A DNA stretch of 64,000 bases from Candidatus Omnitrophota bacterium. GTDB taxonomy: Bacteria > Ratteibacteria > UBA8468 > MWAK01. Made by a program: the position numbers and the translations under genes. Positions 56,378 through 64,000 of the stretch are shown here, piece after piece (the first letter of the stretch is position 1; each line of letters begins with the position of its first letter). Under the pieces are notes generated by a model. It was not told the origin of the DNA. It ran no database searches and saw only the letters and a list, made by a program, of their open reading frames with translations. The stretch is from NCBI GenBank assembly GCA_043826355.1, contig JBDRQI010000012.1:10065-74064 (forward strand), read 5' to 3'.

Positions 56378-56465
56378 AGGTGAAGAATAGCATAACCCGG
56401 GAGTAATTTTTTAGTCAAGGAATCGAAGGAGCATTTGCATAATGTTTTGGAAAACAGCCGATTAT

Positions 56466-57119
56466 TTAACGGGGGGAAGAGGGCGGATAGAGGAATGAAA
56501 GAGAAGTGTAACCATAGCGGCGGGTTTTAACGGTGAGCGATAGGACAGCGACGCTTTCTTTAAAGAGCAGATTTTTTTCCAGTCCGGAAAGATGCTGGAG
56601 GATAATTTTACCGTTGGGCATAAGTATTCCCCCTTCCGAAATTTGCGCGATTAGCTCCGTAATTTTTTGTTCGCTGAAATTGTAGGGCGGGTCCGCGAAA
56701 ACGATGTCAAAACCCTCTTTTTTTTCGGCCAGGACGGAGATCGCTTTTTCCACCGGGTACGGGTAAAATTTCAGGTTCTCTTCTGTAATCTCGTCCCCTT
56801 CTTTTTTAGCGGCAGACATAATCAATTCAAGGTTCTGTTTCAGATACAGGGCGGTTTTCGGGTTACTTTCCACCAGGATAACTTTTCCGGCGCCCCGGCT
56901 CACTGCCTCCAGGCCCACCGCGCCGGTTCCGGCGTAAAGGTCCAGAAAAGAGCTGTCCGATATTATCGGGGCCAGGATGTCAAAAAGCGCCCGGCGGACC
57001 AACCCGGTGGTGGGACGGAGCGTCTTTTCGCTTGATTTACGTTTGATTTTGCCCGCTATAACGGGCATAGGTGGAAAGAAAAGACGGCGTCCTTTGAAGC
57101 GTCCGGCGAAAATATACAT
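56466..57119 (-). CDS. rsmD: 16S rRNA m2G966 methyltransferase
   Basis: GRFKGRRL, RPT, LDLYAGTG..GLEAVSRGA, DPPY; start placed at MYIFAG. Confidence 0.9.
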   Translation of the reverse strand: MYIFAGRFKGRRLFFPPMPVIAGKIKRKSSEKTLRPTTGLVRRALFDILAPIISDSSFLDLYAGTGAVGLEAVSRGAGKVILVESNPKTALYLKQNLELIMSAAKKEGDEITEENLKFYPYPVEKAISVLAEKKEGFDIVFADPPYNFSEQKITELIAQISEGGILMPNGKIILQHLSGLEKNLLFKESVAVLSLTVKTRRYGYTSLSFLYPPSSPR

Positions 57120-57122
57120 TTT

Positions 57123-57156
57123 CCCCCTTCCCTTGCCCCTCCCGTCAGGGGAGGGG
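57123..57156. repeat. family-E element
   Basis: CCCCCTTCCCTTGCCCCTCCCGTCAGGGGAGGGG. Confidence 0.8.
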
Positions 57157-57165
57157 AGCAAAACG

Positions 57166-58059
57166 TTAAGTTCGGAAGCGGTGGGGGGATTTCTTTTCCC
57201 AGGCGATGACGAGGGTGGAGGCGACGAAGATGGATGAGTAGGTTCCGGTGATGAAGCCGACCAGCAGGACGAAGGCGAAATTGTTCAGGACCGGGCCGCC
57301 CCAGATAAAGAGACAGAGCGCTATCAGGATGGTTGTCAGGCCGGTAATGATGGTCCGGGAGAGCGTTTCGTTGATGGAGCGGTTGAAGATAGTAGTCGGG
57401 TCTTCCACTTTACGCAGGCCCCTGAGATTTTCCCGGATGCGGTCAAAGATAACGACCGTATCGTTTACGGAATAACCCAGGATGGTTAAGAAAGCCGCGA
57501 TGACCATGCTGTCCACCTGCCGCCCGGTGATGGCCAGTAAGGCCAGGGCAACCAGGAGGTCGTGGATGAGAGCGGCAATGGCGCCGACCGCAAAGCGGAA
57601 TTCAAAACGAAAAGAGATATAAATCAGGATGCCGACGATGGCAATTAAACAGCCGAGAATAGTCTGTTTGCGTATCGTTTTTCCCATCGTCGGACTTATC
57701 TGTTCTTCGCCGAGCACTTCAACCGCTTGATGGGGAAACGCCTCTTTGATAATCGGGATTATTTCGCCGCCGCCCTTCTTGGTTTTTATGATAATTTCGG
57801 TGCCTTGTTCGCCGACTTTTTGAAGCGCAACGTCGGAATAACCGCGGGCAATCAGAAGGGTCCGTATTTCTCCGACATCAATCGGTTGGCTGAACTGCAG
57901 TTGGGTAAGATAACCCCCGGTAAAATCCGCGGAAAGGAGACCGGGTCCGCGCCAGAAGGTTACGATTAGGCCGCCAACCGTAAAAAAGAGCGAAAGGGTG
58001 AAGAAGATACCCCGTTTGCCCATGAAGTCAAATTTAGGTACCCGGCGGAATATATTCAT
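57166..58059 (-). CDS. secF: protein translocase subunit SecF
   Basis: DFTGG, HD, GYSVNDTVVIFDRIRE, GTYSSIF. Confidence 0.96.
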   Translation of the reverse strand: MNIFRRVPKFDFMGKRGIFFTLSLFFTVGGLIVTFWRGPGLLSADFTGGYLTQLQFSQPIDVGEIRTLLIARGYSDVALQKVGEQGTEIIIKTKKGGGEIIPIIKEAFPHQAVEVLGEEQISPTMGKTIRKQTILGCLIAIVGILIYISFRFEFRFAVGAIAALIHDLLVALALLAITGRQVDSMVIAAFLTILGYSVNDTVVIFDRIRENLRGLRKVEDPTTIFNRSINETLSRTIITGLTTILIALCLFIWGGPVLNNFAFVLLVGFITGTYSSIFVASTLVIAWEKKSPHRFRT

Positions 58060-58077
58060 ATAATTTTGTTTGTTGTT

Positions 58078-59400
58078 TTATCCTATCCTTAATTTCTTAA
58101 CCGGGAACTTGCTTAACGCAAAATCGTAAATTAACCGGGTTACCAGCACCGCGGTGAAGATATTGGCCAGGATGCCGATGGTCAGGGTCAGTCCGAAACC
58201 CTTTACCGAACCGCGTCCGAACATGAACAGGGAGATGGCCGCAATTATGGTGGTAACATTGGAATCAATAATGGCCACCATGGCCCGTTCATAACCACGG
58301 TCCAGGGCGGCCCTGATGGTCTTGCCCCCGCGCAATTCCTCCCGGATACGTTCAAAGATAAGGACGTTGGCGTCCACCGCCATACCGATGGTCAGGGCAA
58401 TACCGGCGATGCCGGGCAGGGTCAGGGTGGAACGGAAGTAAGACAGGACTCCCAAAAGGATGAGAATATTAAGGGCCAGGGCGAAAATTGCCACCAGTCC
58501 TCCGGCGGTATAATAGACAACCATGAAAGCCACTACCATGATTGCGCCCAACAGGCATGCTTTAATGCCGTTATTGATAGAATCTTTTCCCAAACTCGGA
58601 CCGACCACGGTCCGGTCAATGACTTCAATCCGGGCCGGCAGGGCGCCGGCCTGCAATACCAGGGCCAAATCGTTGGCTTCCTGAGTGGTGAAACTTCCGG
58701 AGATTTGGGCCCTTCCGGAAGGGATTCTTTCCTTGATAACCGGAGCGGACTGGACGATTCCGTCCAGCACGATGGCCAGCCGCTTCCCGACATTAGCGCC
58801 GGTCACTTCGGCGAATTTTTTGGCGCCTTCGGAATTTAATTCCAGGTCAACGACCGGGAGTGCTCCCTGGCTGTAGCTCAGACGGGCGTTGCTTAAATCC
58901 TGGCCGCTTAACAGCGCTTGTGCCTGCACCAGAAACGGCGTGCTGGGTTGAGAAATCCCTTTGAGATTTTTTTCGTATTGGTAAATTAACTGATAACCGT
59001 CCGGGACTTTGCCTTCCATGGCCGCCCTCAGAAGTTCCGGATTATCTTCCACCAGTTTGAATTCAAGATAGGCGGTCTTTCCCAGAATTTCCAGGGCCCT
59101 TTCCGGGTTCTCAATTCCGGGCATCTGGACCATAATCCGGTCCTGTCCGATTTTCTGTAAAATCGGTTCGGCGATGCCCAGGGAGTCCACCCGGTTCCGG
59201 ATTACCTCCATCGTGCGGTCGGTCAGGTCGTTGATGGAAACGTGGGCCAGTTCTGCGGCCGGCTGGACCTGGAGGACTAACTGCATGCCGCCTCTCAGGT
59301 CAAGGCCTAATTTCACCTTCTGCTGCGGCGGCCAGAATGCCCAGAAACAGAGGCCGGCAACCACCAGAACTCCCAGTGCCCGGGCGTAAAGTGTTTTCAT
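58078..59400 (-). CDS. secD: protein translocase subunit SecD
   Basis: [35 protein letters not shown]; start placed at MKTLYA. Confidence 0.96.
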   Translation of the reverse strand: MKTLYARALGVLVVAGLCFWAFWPPQQKVKLGLDLRGGMQLVLQVQPAAELAHVSINDLTDRTMEVIRNRVDSLGIAEPILQKIGQDRIMVQMPGIENPERALEILGKTAYLEFKLVEDNPELLRAAMEGKVPDGYQLIYQYEKNLKGISQPSTPFLVQAQALLSGQDLSNARLSYSQGALPVVDLELNSEGAKKFAEVTGANVGKRLAIVLDGIVQSAPVIKERIPSGRAQISGSFTTQEANDLALVLQAGALPARIEVIDRTVVGPSLGKDSINNGIKACLLGAIMVVAFMVVYYTAGGLVAIFALALNILILLGVLSYFRSTLTLPGIAGIALTIGMAVDANVLIFERIREELRGGKTIRAALDRGYERAMVAIIDSNVTTIIAAISLFMFGRGSVKGFGLTLTIGILANIFTAVLVTRLIYDFALSKFPVKKLRIG

Positions 59401-59720
59401 TTTAATTTTCGGTAAAAACAACTGCGGTTCCCGGTGTGGCAGGCCGCGTCCTTCTGTTTTACCCGGTAAAGAACCGCATCCTGGTCGCAATCAATCAGCA
59501 CTTCCTGTACTTCCTGTGTATGGCCGCTGGTTTCGCCTTTCAGCCATAGTTTTTGGCGGGAACGGGAGAAATAATGGGCCTTTCCGGTTTGCAGTGTCAG
59601 GCGCAACGCTTTTTTATCGGCATAGGCCAGCATCAAAACTTCTCCGTTTTCATCCTGTGTTACCACCGGAACCAGACCCTGCTCGTTAAATTTTACTTCT
59701 TTTATCTGTAAGTTTGCCAC
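59397..59720 (-). CDS. hisI: phosphoribosyl-AMP cyclohydrolase
   Basis: [26 protein letters not shown]. Confidence 0.95.
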   Translation of the reverse strand: MANLQIKEVKFNEQGLVPVVTQDENGEVLMLAYADKKALRLTLQTGKAHYFSRSRQKLWLKGETSGHTQEVQEVLIDCDQDAVLYRVKQKDAACHTGNRSCFYRKLK

Positions 59721-59762
59721 AATACTTTTCTGTAGTTGCCAAGCTTGCCTTAGAATTGTTAA

Positions 59763-61295
59763 TTATAACCCAATTCCGGCCGTCGAGTCAAAAAAAGGGG
59801 CAACCGCCGGGTATAGTTTTTGAAAAATTTCGTATGACTGATTATAGATTTCTCTCTCTTCTTTGTTTGGGCGGAAAACTTCTTTTGTCCGCACCATCCG
59901 GCGGCAGGCGTCCGGCACGCTTTTGAAATACTTGACCCCGGCCGCGGCCAAAATGGCGGCGCCAAGCGCGGTGGTATCCGGATTTTCAATCCGCACCAGT
60001 TTTTTCCCGAAAATATCGGCCATTATTTGGCACCAGAGGTCGGAGCGGGCGCCGCCGCCGGAGACGCGTACCTGGCGAATCGGCAGGCCCAGGTCTTTCA
60101 TAATTTCTATTCCGTCACGCAGGCCGAAAGTTACACCCTCCAGGATTGCCCGGATAAAATGGGACTTTGTGTGTCGGTTGGTAGCGCCGAAAAAGACGGC
60201 GCGGGCCAGCGGGTTGGCGTGAGGCGTGCGCTCGCCGGTCAGGTAGGGTAGGAAGAGCAGGCCTTCGGAGCCAAAAGGAATTTTTTCGGCCGCTGTTGTC
60301 ATTATTTCGTAAGGGTCTTTATGCTTAATTTTTGCCCCGGATATTTCTTCCCGGCAGAAATTATCCCGGAACCAGCGCAGGGAACCTCCGGAGGAGAGGC
60401 TTACGGCCATCAGGTGCCATGTTCCTGGGACCGCGTGGCACATCGTGTGAATCCGGCCGGCAGAATCTTTTAAGACCTTATCGGAAAAAGCGAAGACCAC
60501 GCCGGAAGTTCCTAACGTGGTTGAAATTATGCCCCTGGAAACAACCCCATTTCCGCACCCGCTGGCCGCCTGGTCGCCTGCGCCGGCAGCCACTGGCAGC
60601 CCTTCCGGAAGTCCGGTAAGATTGGCCGCTTCCGCGGTAACCTTTCCGGTAATATCCGGAGATTCAAAGACCGGCGCCAGCCAGCCAGGTTTAATTTGAA
60701 GTTTCTGTATGATTTCCGGAGACCAATTCCTGGTTTCAACGTCAAAGAGACTGGTGCCGGAATTGTCGGTCACCTCCGAGGCAAACTCTCCGGTCAATTT
60801 ATAGCGAAGGTAATCTTTGGGCAGGAGTATTTTAGCGATTTTTCGGTAGGCGGCGGGTTCATTCTTGCGCAGCCACAAGATTTTAGGCGCGGTAAATCCG
60901 GTGAAGACCGGGTTGCCGGTAATCCGGTTTATCCTCTTTTTGCCGACCAGCCCTTCAATCTTTTTTACTTCTGCGCCGGTTCGCTGGTCGCACCAGAGGA
61001 TTGCCGGGCGTATGACTTTATTTTCCCGGTCAAGGAAGACCGAGCCGTGCATCTGGCCGGTCAGGCCAATTGCCAGGAGGTTTTCCTTGAGTTTTTGCCG
61101 GTCGGAAATCAGCCGCAGCGCCTTGACCGCAGCGTTCCACCAGTCCGTTGGATTTTGCTCCAGCCACAAGGGCCTGGGCGCAAGGAGCGGATATTCCTTG
61201 GTTGCCTGGTCTACGGTCTTTCCGGTTTCATCGACCAGTAAGGCTTTCACGCCGGTTGTGCCGACGTCAATTCCCAAAAAAAGCGTTTTTTTCAT
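59763..61295 (-). CDS. xylB: xylulokinase
   Basis: GIDVGTT, GQMHG, WCDQR, GFTAPK, GDQ, GERTP, GGGARS. Confidence 0.92.
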   Translation of the reverse strand: MKKTLFLGIDVGTTGVKALLVDETGKTVDQATKEYPLLAPRPLWLEQNPTDWWNAAVKALRLISDRQKLKENLLAIGLTGQMHGSVFLDRENKVIRPAILWCDQRTGAEVKKIEGLVGKKRINRITGNPVFTGFTAPKILWLRKNEPAAYRKIAKILLPKDYLRYKLTGEFASEVTDNSGTSLFDVETRNWSPEIIQKLQIKPGWLAPVFESPDITGKVTAEAANLTGLPEGLPVAAGAGDQAASGCGNGVVSRGIISTTLGTSGVVFAFSDKVLKDSAGRIHTMCHAVPGTWHLMAVSLSSGGSLRWFRDNFCREEISGAKIKHKDPYEIMTTAAEKIPFGSEGLLFLPYLTGERTPHANPLARAVFFGATNRHTKSHFIRAILEGVTFGLRDGIEIMKDLGLPIRQVRVSGGGARSDLWCQIMADIFGKKLVRIENPDTTALGAAILAAAGVKYFKSVPDACRRMVRTKEVFRPNKEEREIYNQSYEIFQKLYPAVAPFFDSTAGIGL

Positions 61296-61401
61296 TGCTA
61301 AATTTTTCTAAATATTATATCATATTATCTCATTTCCGCATGTGATAGATATTTTGGCGGGCAAAGGCGGAAATCCATAATTTTACAACCCGGAGGTTTC
61401 G

Positions 61402-62199
61402 ATGCTTATCATTGGCGAGCGTATTAACGCAACACGCAAAAAGATTGCCGAGGCCTTGATAGCCAGGGATAAGTTATTCATCCAGAAAGAGGCGCGCATC
61501 CAGATGGAAGCCGGTGCCGGTTATCTTGACCTTAACGCGGGCCTTGGTTCCGGGGATGAATCGGCGGGCCTGCGCTGGTTGGTGGAGACGGTTCAGGAAA
61601 TCGGTTATACCGATATTTGCCTGGACAGCGCCAATTCGGACGCTTTAAGAACCTGTCTGCCCCTGGTTAAGGGCAAAGTTATGGTTAATTCCATCAATGC
61701 GGAGAAAGCCAAATTAGGGGCTATGCTCCCGTTCTTTGAAGGTTATACCGGCAAGGTCATCGGTTTGACCATGGATGACCGGGGCATTCCCTGCGATGTG
61801 GCCACCCGGGTGGAGAATGCGGAGAAGATCGTGGGCGGGCTTGTTGCCCGGAAAGTAAGAGTTGAAGATATTTACCTTGACCCGCTGGCTCAGCCGGTAG
61901 GGACCGATCCGAACAACGGCCGGATTTTCCTGGAAGCAATTGTAGCCATCAAGCAGGCGATTCCCGAAGTCAAAACAACCTGCGGACTTTCTAACATCTC
62001 CTTTGGACTTCCGGAACGGAGGATGCTTAACCGGTATTTTCTGGCGTTAGCCATTGGGTGCGGACTCGATTCCGCCTTGATAGACCCGACCGACGCCGGG
62101 ATGATAGCCGCCGCTCTTTCCGCGGAAGGGCTGATGGGTCTTGACCAGTACTGCCTTGGTTATCTGACCGCTTTCCGCGAAGGTAAGATTAAAGCCTGA
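61402..62199 (+). CDS. methyltetrahydrofolate:corrinoid methyltransferase (AcsE/MeTr-like, pterin-binding)
   Basis: IIGERIN, LDLN, CLDS, NSI, DP, GLSNISFGLP.R. Confidence 0.88.
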   Translation: MLIIGERINATRKKIAEALIARDKLFIQKEARIQMEAGAGYLDLNAGLGSGDESAGLRWLVETVQEIGYTDICLDSANSDALRTCLPLVKGKVMVNSINAEKAKLGAMLPFFEGYTGKVIGLTMDDRGIPCDVATRVENAEKIVGGLVARKVRVEDIYLDPLAQPVGTDPNNGRIFLEAIVAIKQAIPEVKTTCGLSNISFGLPERRMLNRYFLALAIGCGLDSALIDPTDAGMIAAALSAEGLMGLDQYCLGYLTAFREGKIKA

Positions 62200-62206
62200 A
62201 AAATGT

Positions 62207-62308
62207 TGTCATTTCCGCGTGTGGTAAGCGGAAATCCAGACCACAAGCAGAGACATCGCCCCCGCAAGTTTTAAACGGGGATTCCCGGTCTAAGCATTCG
62301 GGAATGAC
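62207..62308. repeat. palindromic element family C
   Basis: TGTCATTTCCGC..GCGGAAATCC / GGATTCCCG..CGGGAATGAC. Confidence 0.82.
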
Positions 62309-62315
62309 GGTGTTT

Positions 62316-62582
62316 TTTCGGGGCGTAGCGCAGCCCGTCTGCCCCTTCGCCAAAGGCGAATACGCCTCCGGCGTAAGAGGCGGGCTGAGGGGATGAGAGA
62401 AGGGGCGAAGCCCTTTCTCGTATTAGTTTTAGGGGGTGGAATATTAGGGAGGGGGAACCCCCCCCTCTCTAAAAGAGGAGCCCCGAAACCCGGGAGATAA
62501 GGATTCATCCGTTTCATCTTGAAGTTGGACAACGGGATTAAAGATAAAGCAGGTTAGTTTGCTTTCGGGGCGTAGCGCAGCC
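62316..62582. mobile_element. 247-bp hairpin-rich insert bounded by a 20-bp direct repeat of the tRNA-Pro 5' end
   Basis: TTTCGGGGCGTAGCGCAGCC at 62316-62335 and 62563-62582. Confidence 0.6.
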
Positions 62583-62639
62583 TGGTAGCGCACCTGAATG
62601 GGGTTCAGGTGGTCGCTGGTTCGAATCCAGTCGCCCCGA
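62566..62639 (+). tRNA. tRNA-Pro(GGG), CCA not encoded
   Basis: Acceptor CGGGGCG/CGCCCCG-A, anticodon arm CCTGA-ATGGGGT-TCAGG, T-arm GCTGG-TTCGAAT-CCAGT. Confidence 0.96.
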
Positions 62640-62899
62640 CGGAACAGGACACACCAGTCCATTTTCTGTCTTTTCCCCTTTGTTTTCAGCCTTCTCCATA
62701 GGTTCTAAAGGATGATTTTGCCCACCATTTAGGTTTATTGTATACATGCAGATATAATATTCATCATACATTACGGCATTTGTTTCTGAAAATAGGGTCG
62801 TTTCGCACAGCACACGTTGTTTGATAATATGGAATTTGCCCTGAAAACAGAGTTTTGGGGTGTTTGGGAATAAAAATTTGAAGATTTTTATTTTTTTAA

Positions 62900-62928
62900 T
62901 TGACACAATGGCTGTATCCGAGTAAAAT
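62900..62928 (+). promoter_or_regulatory. sigma70-type promoter
   Basis: TTGACA, 17 bp, TAAAAT. Confidence 0.75.
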
Positions 62929-63089
62929 TAAAGATTAAGTAAAGCAGGGAATCAGGCTAAAATATTTCTTTTTGATGGGCAAATGAGGATGTCAGATGAA
63001 TCTTTTGTTCGTCTCCCGGAGGGCAAATGGGAGCTATAAATAGAAAAAGGGTATTTGTCCGGGTATTTACTCCGGGGGGGGGTAATAAA

Positions 63090-63776
63090 ATGAAATATTT
63101 TAGCCGCGTTTTTTTGTTTCTTGTTTTGTTCCCGCTGTTTTTCTTGTCCGGATGTTTGGAAAAACAAAAAGTAGTACACAATAACCTCGAGAACGTTGAG
63201 AAGGTTTATTATGCTGATTTTGATGTTAAAATAGACGGTAATCTTTCAGAATGGAAAAACATACCTTCAATTCATATCGGGACAGAGGACTGGTTGCTCG
63301 GGGGGGTCAGCGCTGAGATTTATCTAGCCTGGGATGAGGGTAATATTTATCTGGCGGCGGCAGTCAGCGACAAGGGGCATTTTAACACATGCGAAGGAGA
63401 CGCAATCTGGAACGGGGACTCCCTGCAGTTTGCTTTTGATGCTCCGGAAACTTCTCCTTTCAGTCTGGGTGTAGCCCTCGCTTCAAACAAGGTGCAATCC
63501 TTTCAGTGGAGGGGGCCGGATACGAAATTGTTTGAGAAAAGCGAATATACGGTAGTCCGGGATGAGAAAAACAATAAAACTTTTTACGAAATAAGAATTC
63601 CTTTTGAATGTTTGAAAATGAAGGCGGAAAAGGGAATGGTTTTCGGATTCAATGCGGTTGTGTTTGAAGATCCGGACGGAACAGGAGAGAAGTACTGGGT
63701 TGAGATAACCAGCGGTATTGCCGGAGGATGGAATCCCGATATGTTTAAAAGGTTTGTTTTATGGAACGACAAATAA
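63090..63776 (+). CDS. lipoprotein with CBM9/DOMON-like sugar-binding domain
   Basis: LSGC lipobox; IDGNLSEW, AWDEGNIY, WNGDSLQF, YEIRIPF. Confidence 0.82.
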   Translation: MKYFSRVFLFLVLFPLFFLSGCLEKQKVVHNNLENVEKVYYADFDVKIDGNLSEWKNIPSIHIGTEDWLLGGVSAEIYLAWDEGNIYLAAAVSDKGHFNTCEGDAIWNGDSLQFAFDAPETSPFSLGVALASNKVQSFQWRGPDTKLFEKSEYTVVRDEKNNKTFYEIRIPFECLKMKAEKGMVFGFNAVVFEDPDGTGEKYWVEITSGIAGGWNPDMFKRFVLWNDK

Positions 63777-63878
63777 AAAATAATCTGCAAATGCAATTAG
63801 CCCCGCTAAACTGATGTTATTGTTAGAAAAACAAAGCGCTTTCAAGTCGGCGTATAAATTAAGGGAGGCGACCAAACC

Positions 63879-64000
63879 ATGTTTACCCGACACAGCGTCA
63901 ATAAGGGATGGTTCATAATTATGGCGGCATTAACACTGGTTGGCATGGTAACGTCCGCGCGCGGCAGCGAGTCCGGCAAGGAGCCGCTTACCGTGAGGGT
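63879..64000 (+). CDS. secreted protein, 5' fragment
   Basis: GGAGG RBS; MFTRHSVNKGWFIIMAALTLVGMVTSARG signal-like; open to window end. Confidence 0.6.
   Translation, partial: MFTRHSVNKGWFIIMAALTLVGMVTSARGSESGKEPLTVR

Noticed and set aside
57120..57161. RsmD N-terminal extension MLPSPDGRGKGRGK
   Set aside because: Translation of the intergenic family-E element; homology starts at MYIFAG, so it is not counted as an in-frame insertion.
59401..59490. SecD N-terminal extension (also the extensions at 52857-52994 and 40785-40829)
   Set aside because: Overlap upstream genes or promoter DNA; shorter starts fit the families better.
62319..62486. Second intact tRNA or tmRNA
   Set aside because: No anticodon arm, no TTC T-loop and no tag reading frame; kept only as an insert finding.
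62290..62906. Minus-strand ORFs over the tRNA (GRLDSNQRPPEP.., GDWIRTSD..)
   Set aside because: Typical antisense translations of a tRNA; no recombinase motifs visible.
1..64000. CRISPR array, cas genes, transposases, integrases, phage genes, rRNA
   Set aside because: No regularly spaced repeat-spacer array and no recognisable motifs; the repeats are dispersed palindromes.

Overview
A 64-kb bacterial chromosomal segment, almost all on the minus strand. It probably comes from an anaerobic, sugar-degrading diderm (inferred from the outer-membrane barrel, lipoproteins, corrinoid methyl-transfer genes and many sugar TIM-barrels); the taxon cannot be fixed from this window. Housekeeping genes (purN, gpsA, plsY, lysA, argH, purM, trpFAB, cysE, valS, lepB, rlmN, rsmD, secDF, hisI, tRNA-Pro) are mixed with carbohydrate genes (GH20, GHL6-like hydrolases, isomerases, mtlD, xylB, a TPP-dependent E1/E1/E2 set), an arginine-to-putrescine pair (pdaD-speB), corrinoid methyltransferase parts, and a NikR-controlled Ni/Co ECF transporter. 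The most striking unexplained signal is about 25 short palindromic elements from at least five families (REP/REPIN/MITE-like), with no transposase in the window. Five sit in frame inside conserved enzymes: the same composite element in opposite orientations in speB and lysA, plus inserts in valS, rlmN and the E2 linker. Eight genes take their stop codon from an element, and some elements are nested in each other. Other candidates: an unidentified ~150-nt structured RNA ahead of an ABC exporter; a 247-bp hairpin-rich insert that duplicates the 5' end of tRNA-Pro; poly-G tracts at the RBS of two lipoprotein genes; and a twice-repeated module of a metal-ligand-deficient M24 hydrolase plus a GHL6-like hydrolase. 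All calls rest on motif recognition by eye; no searches were run.
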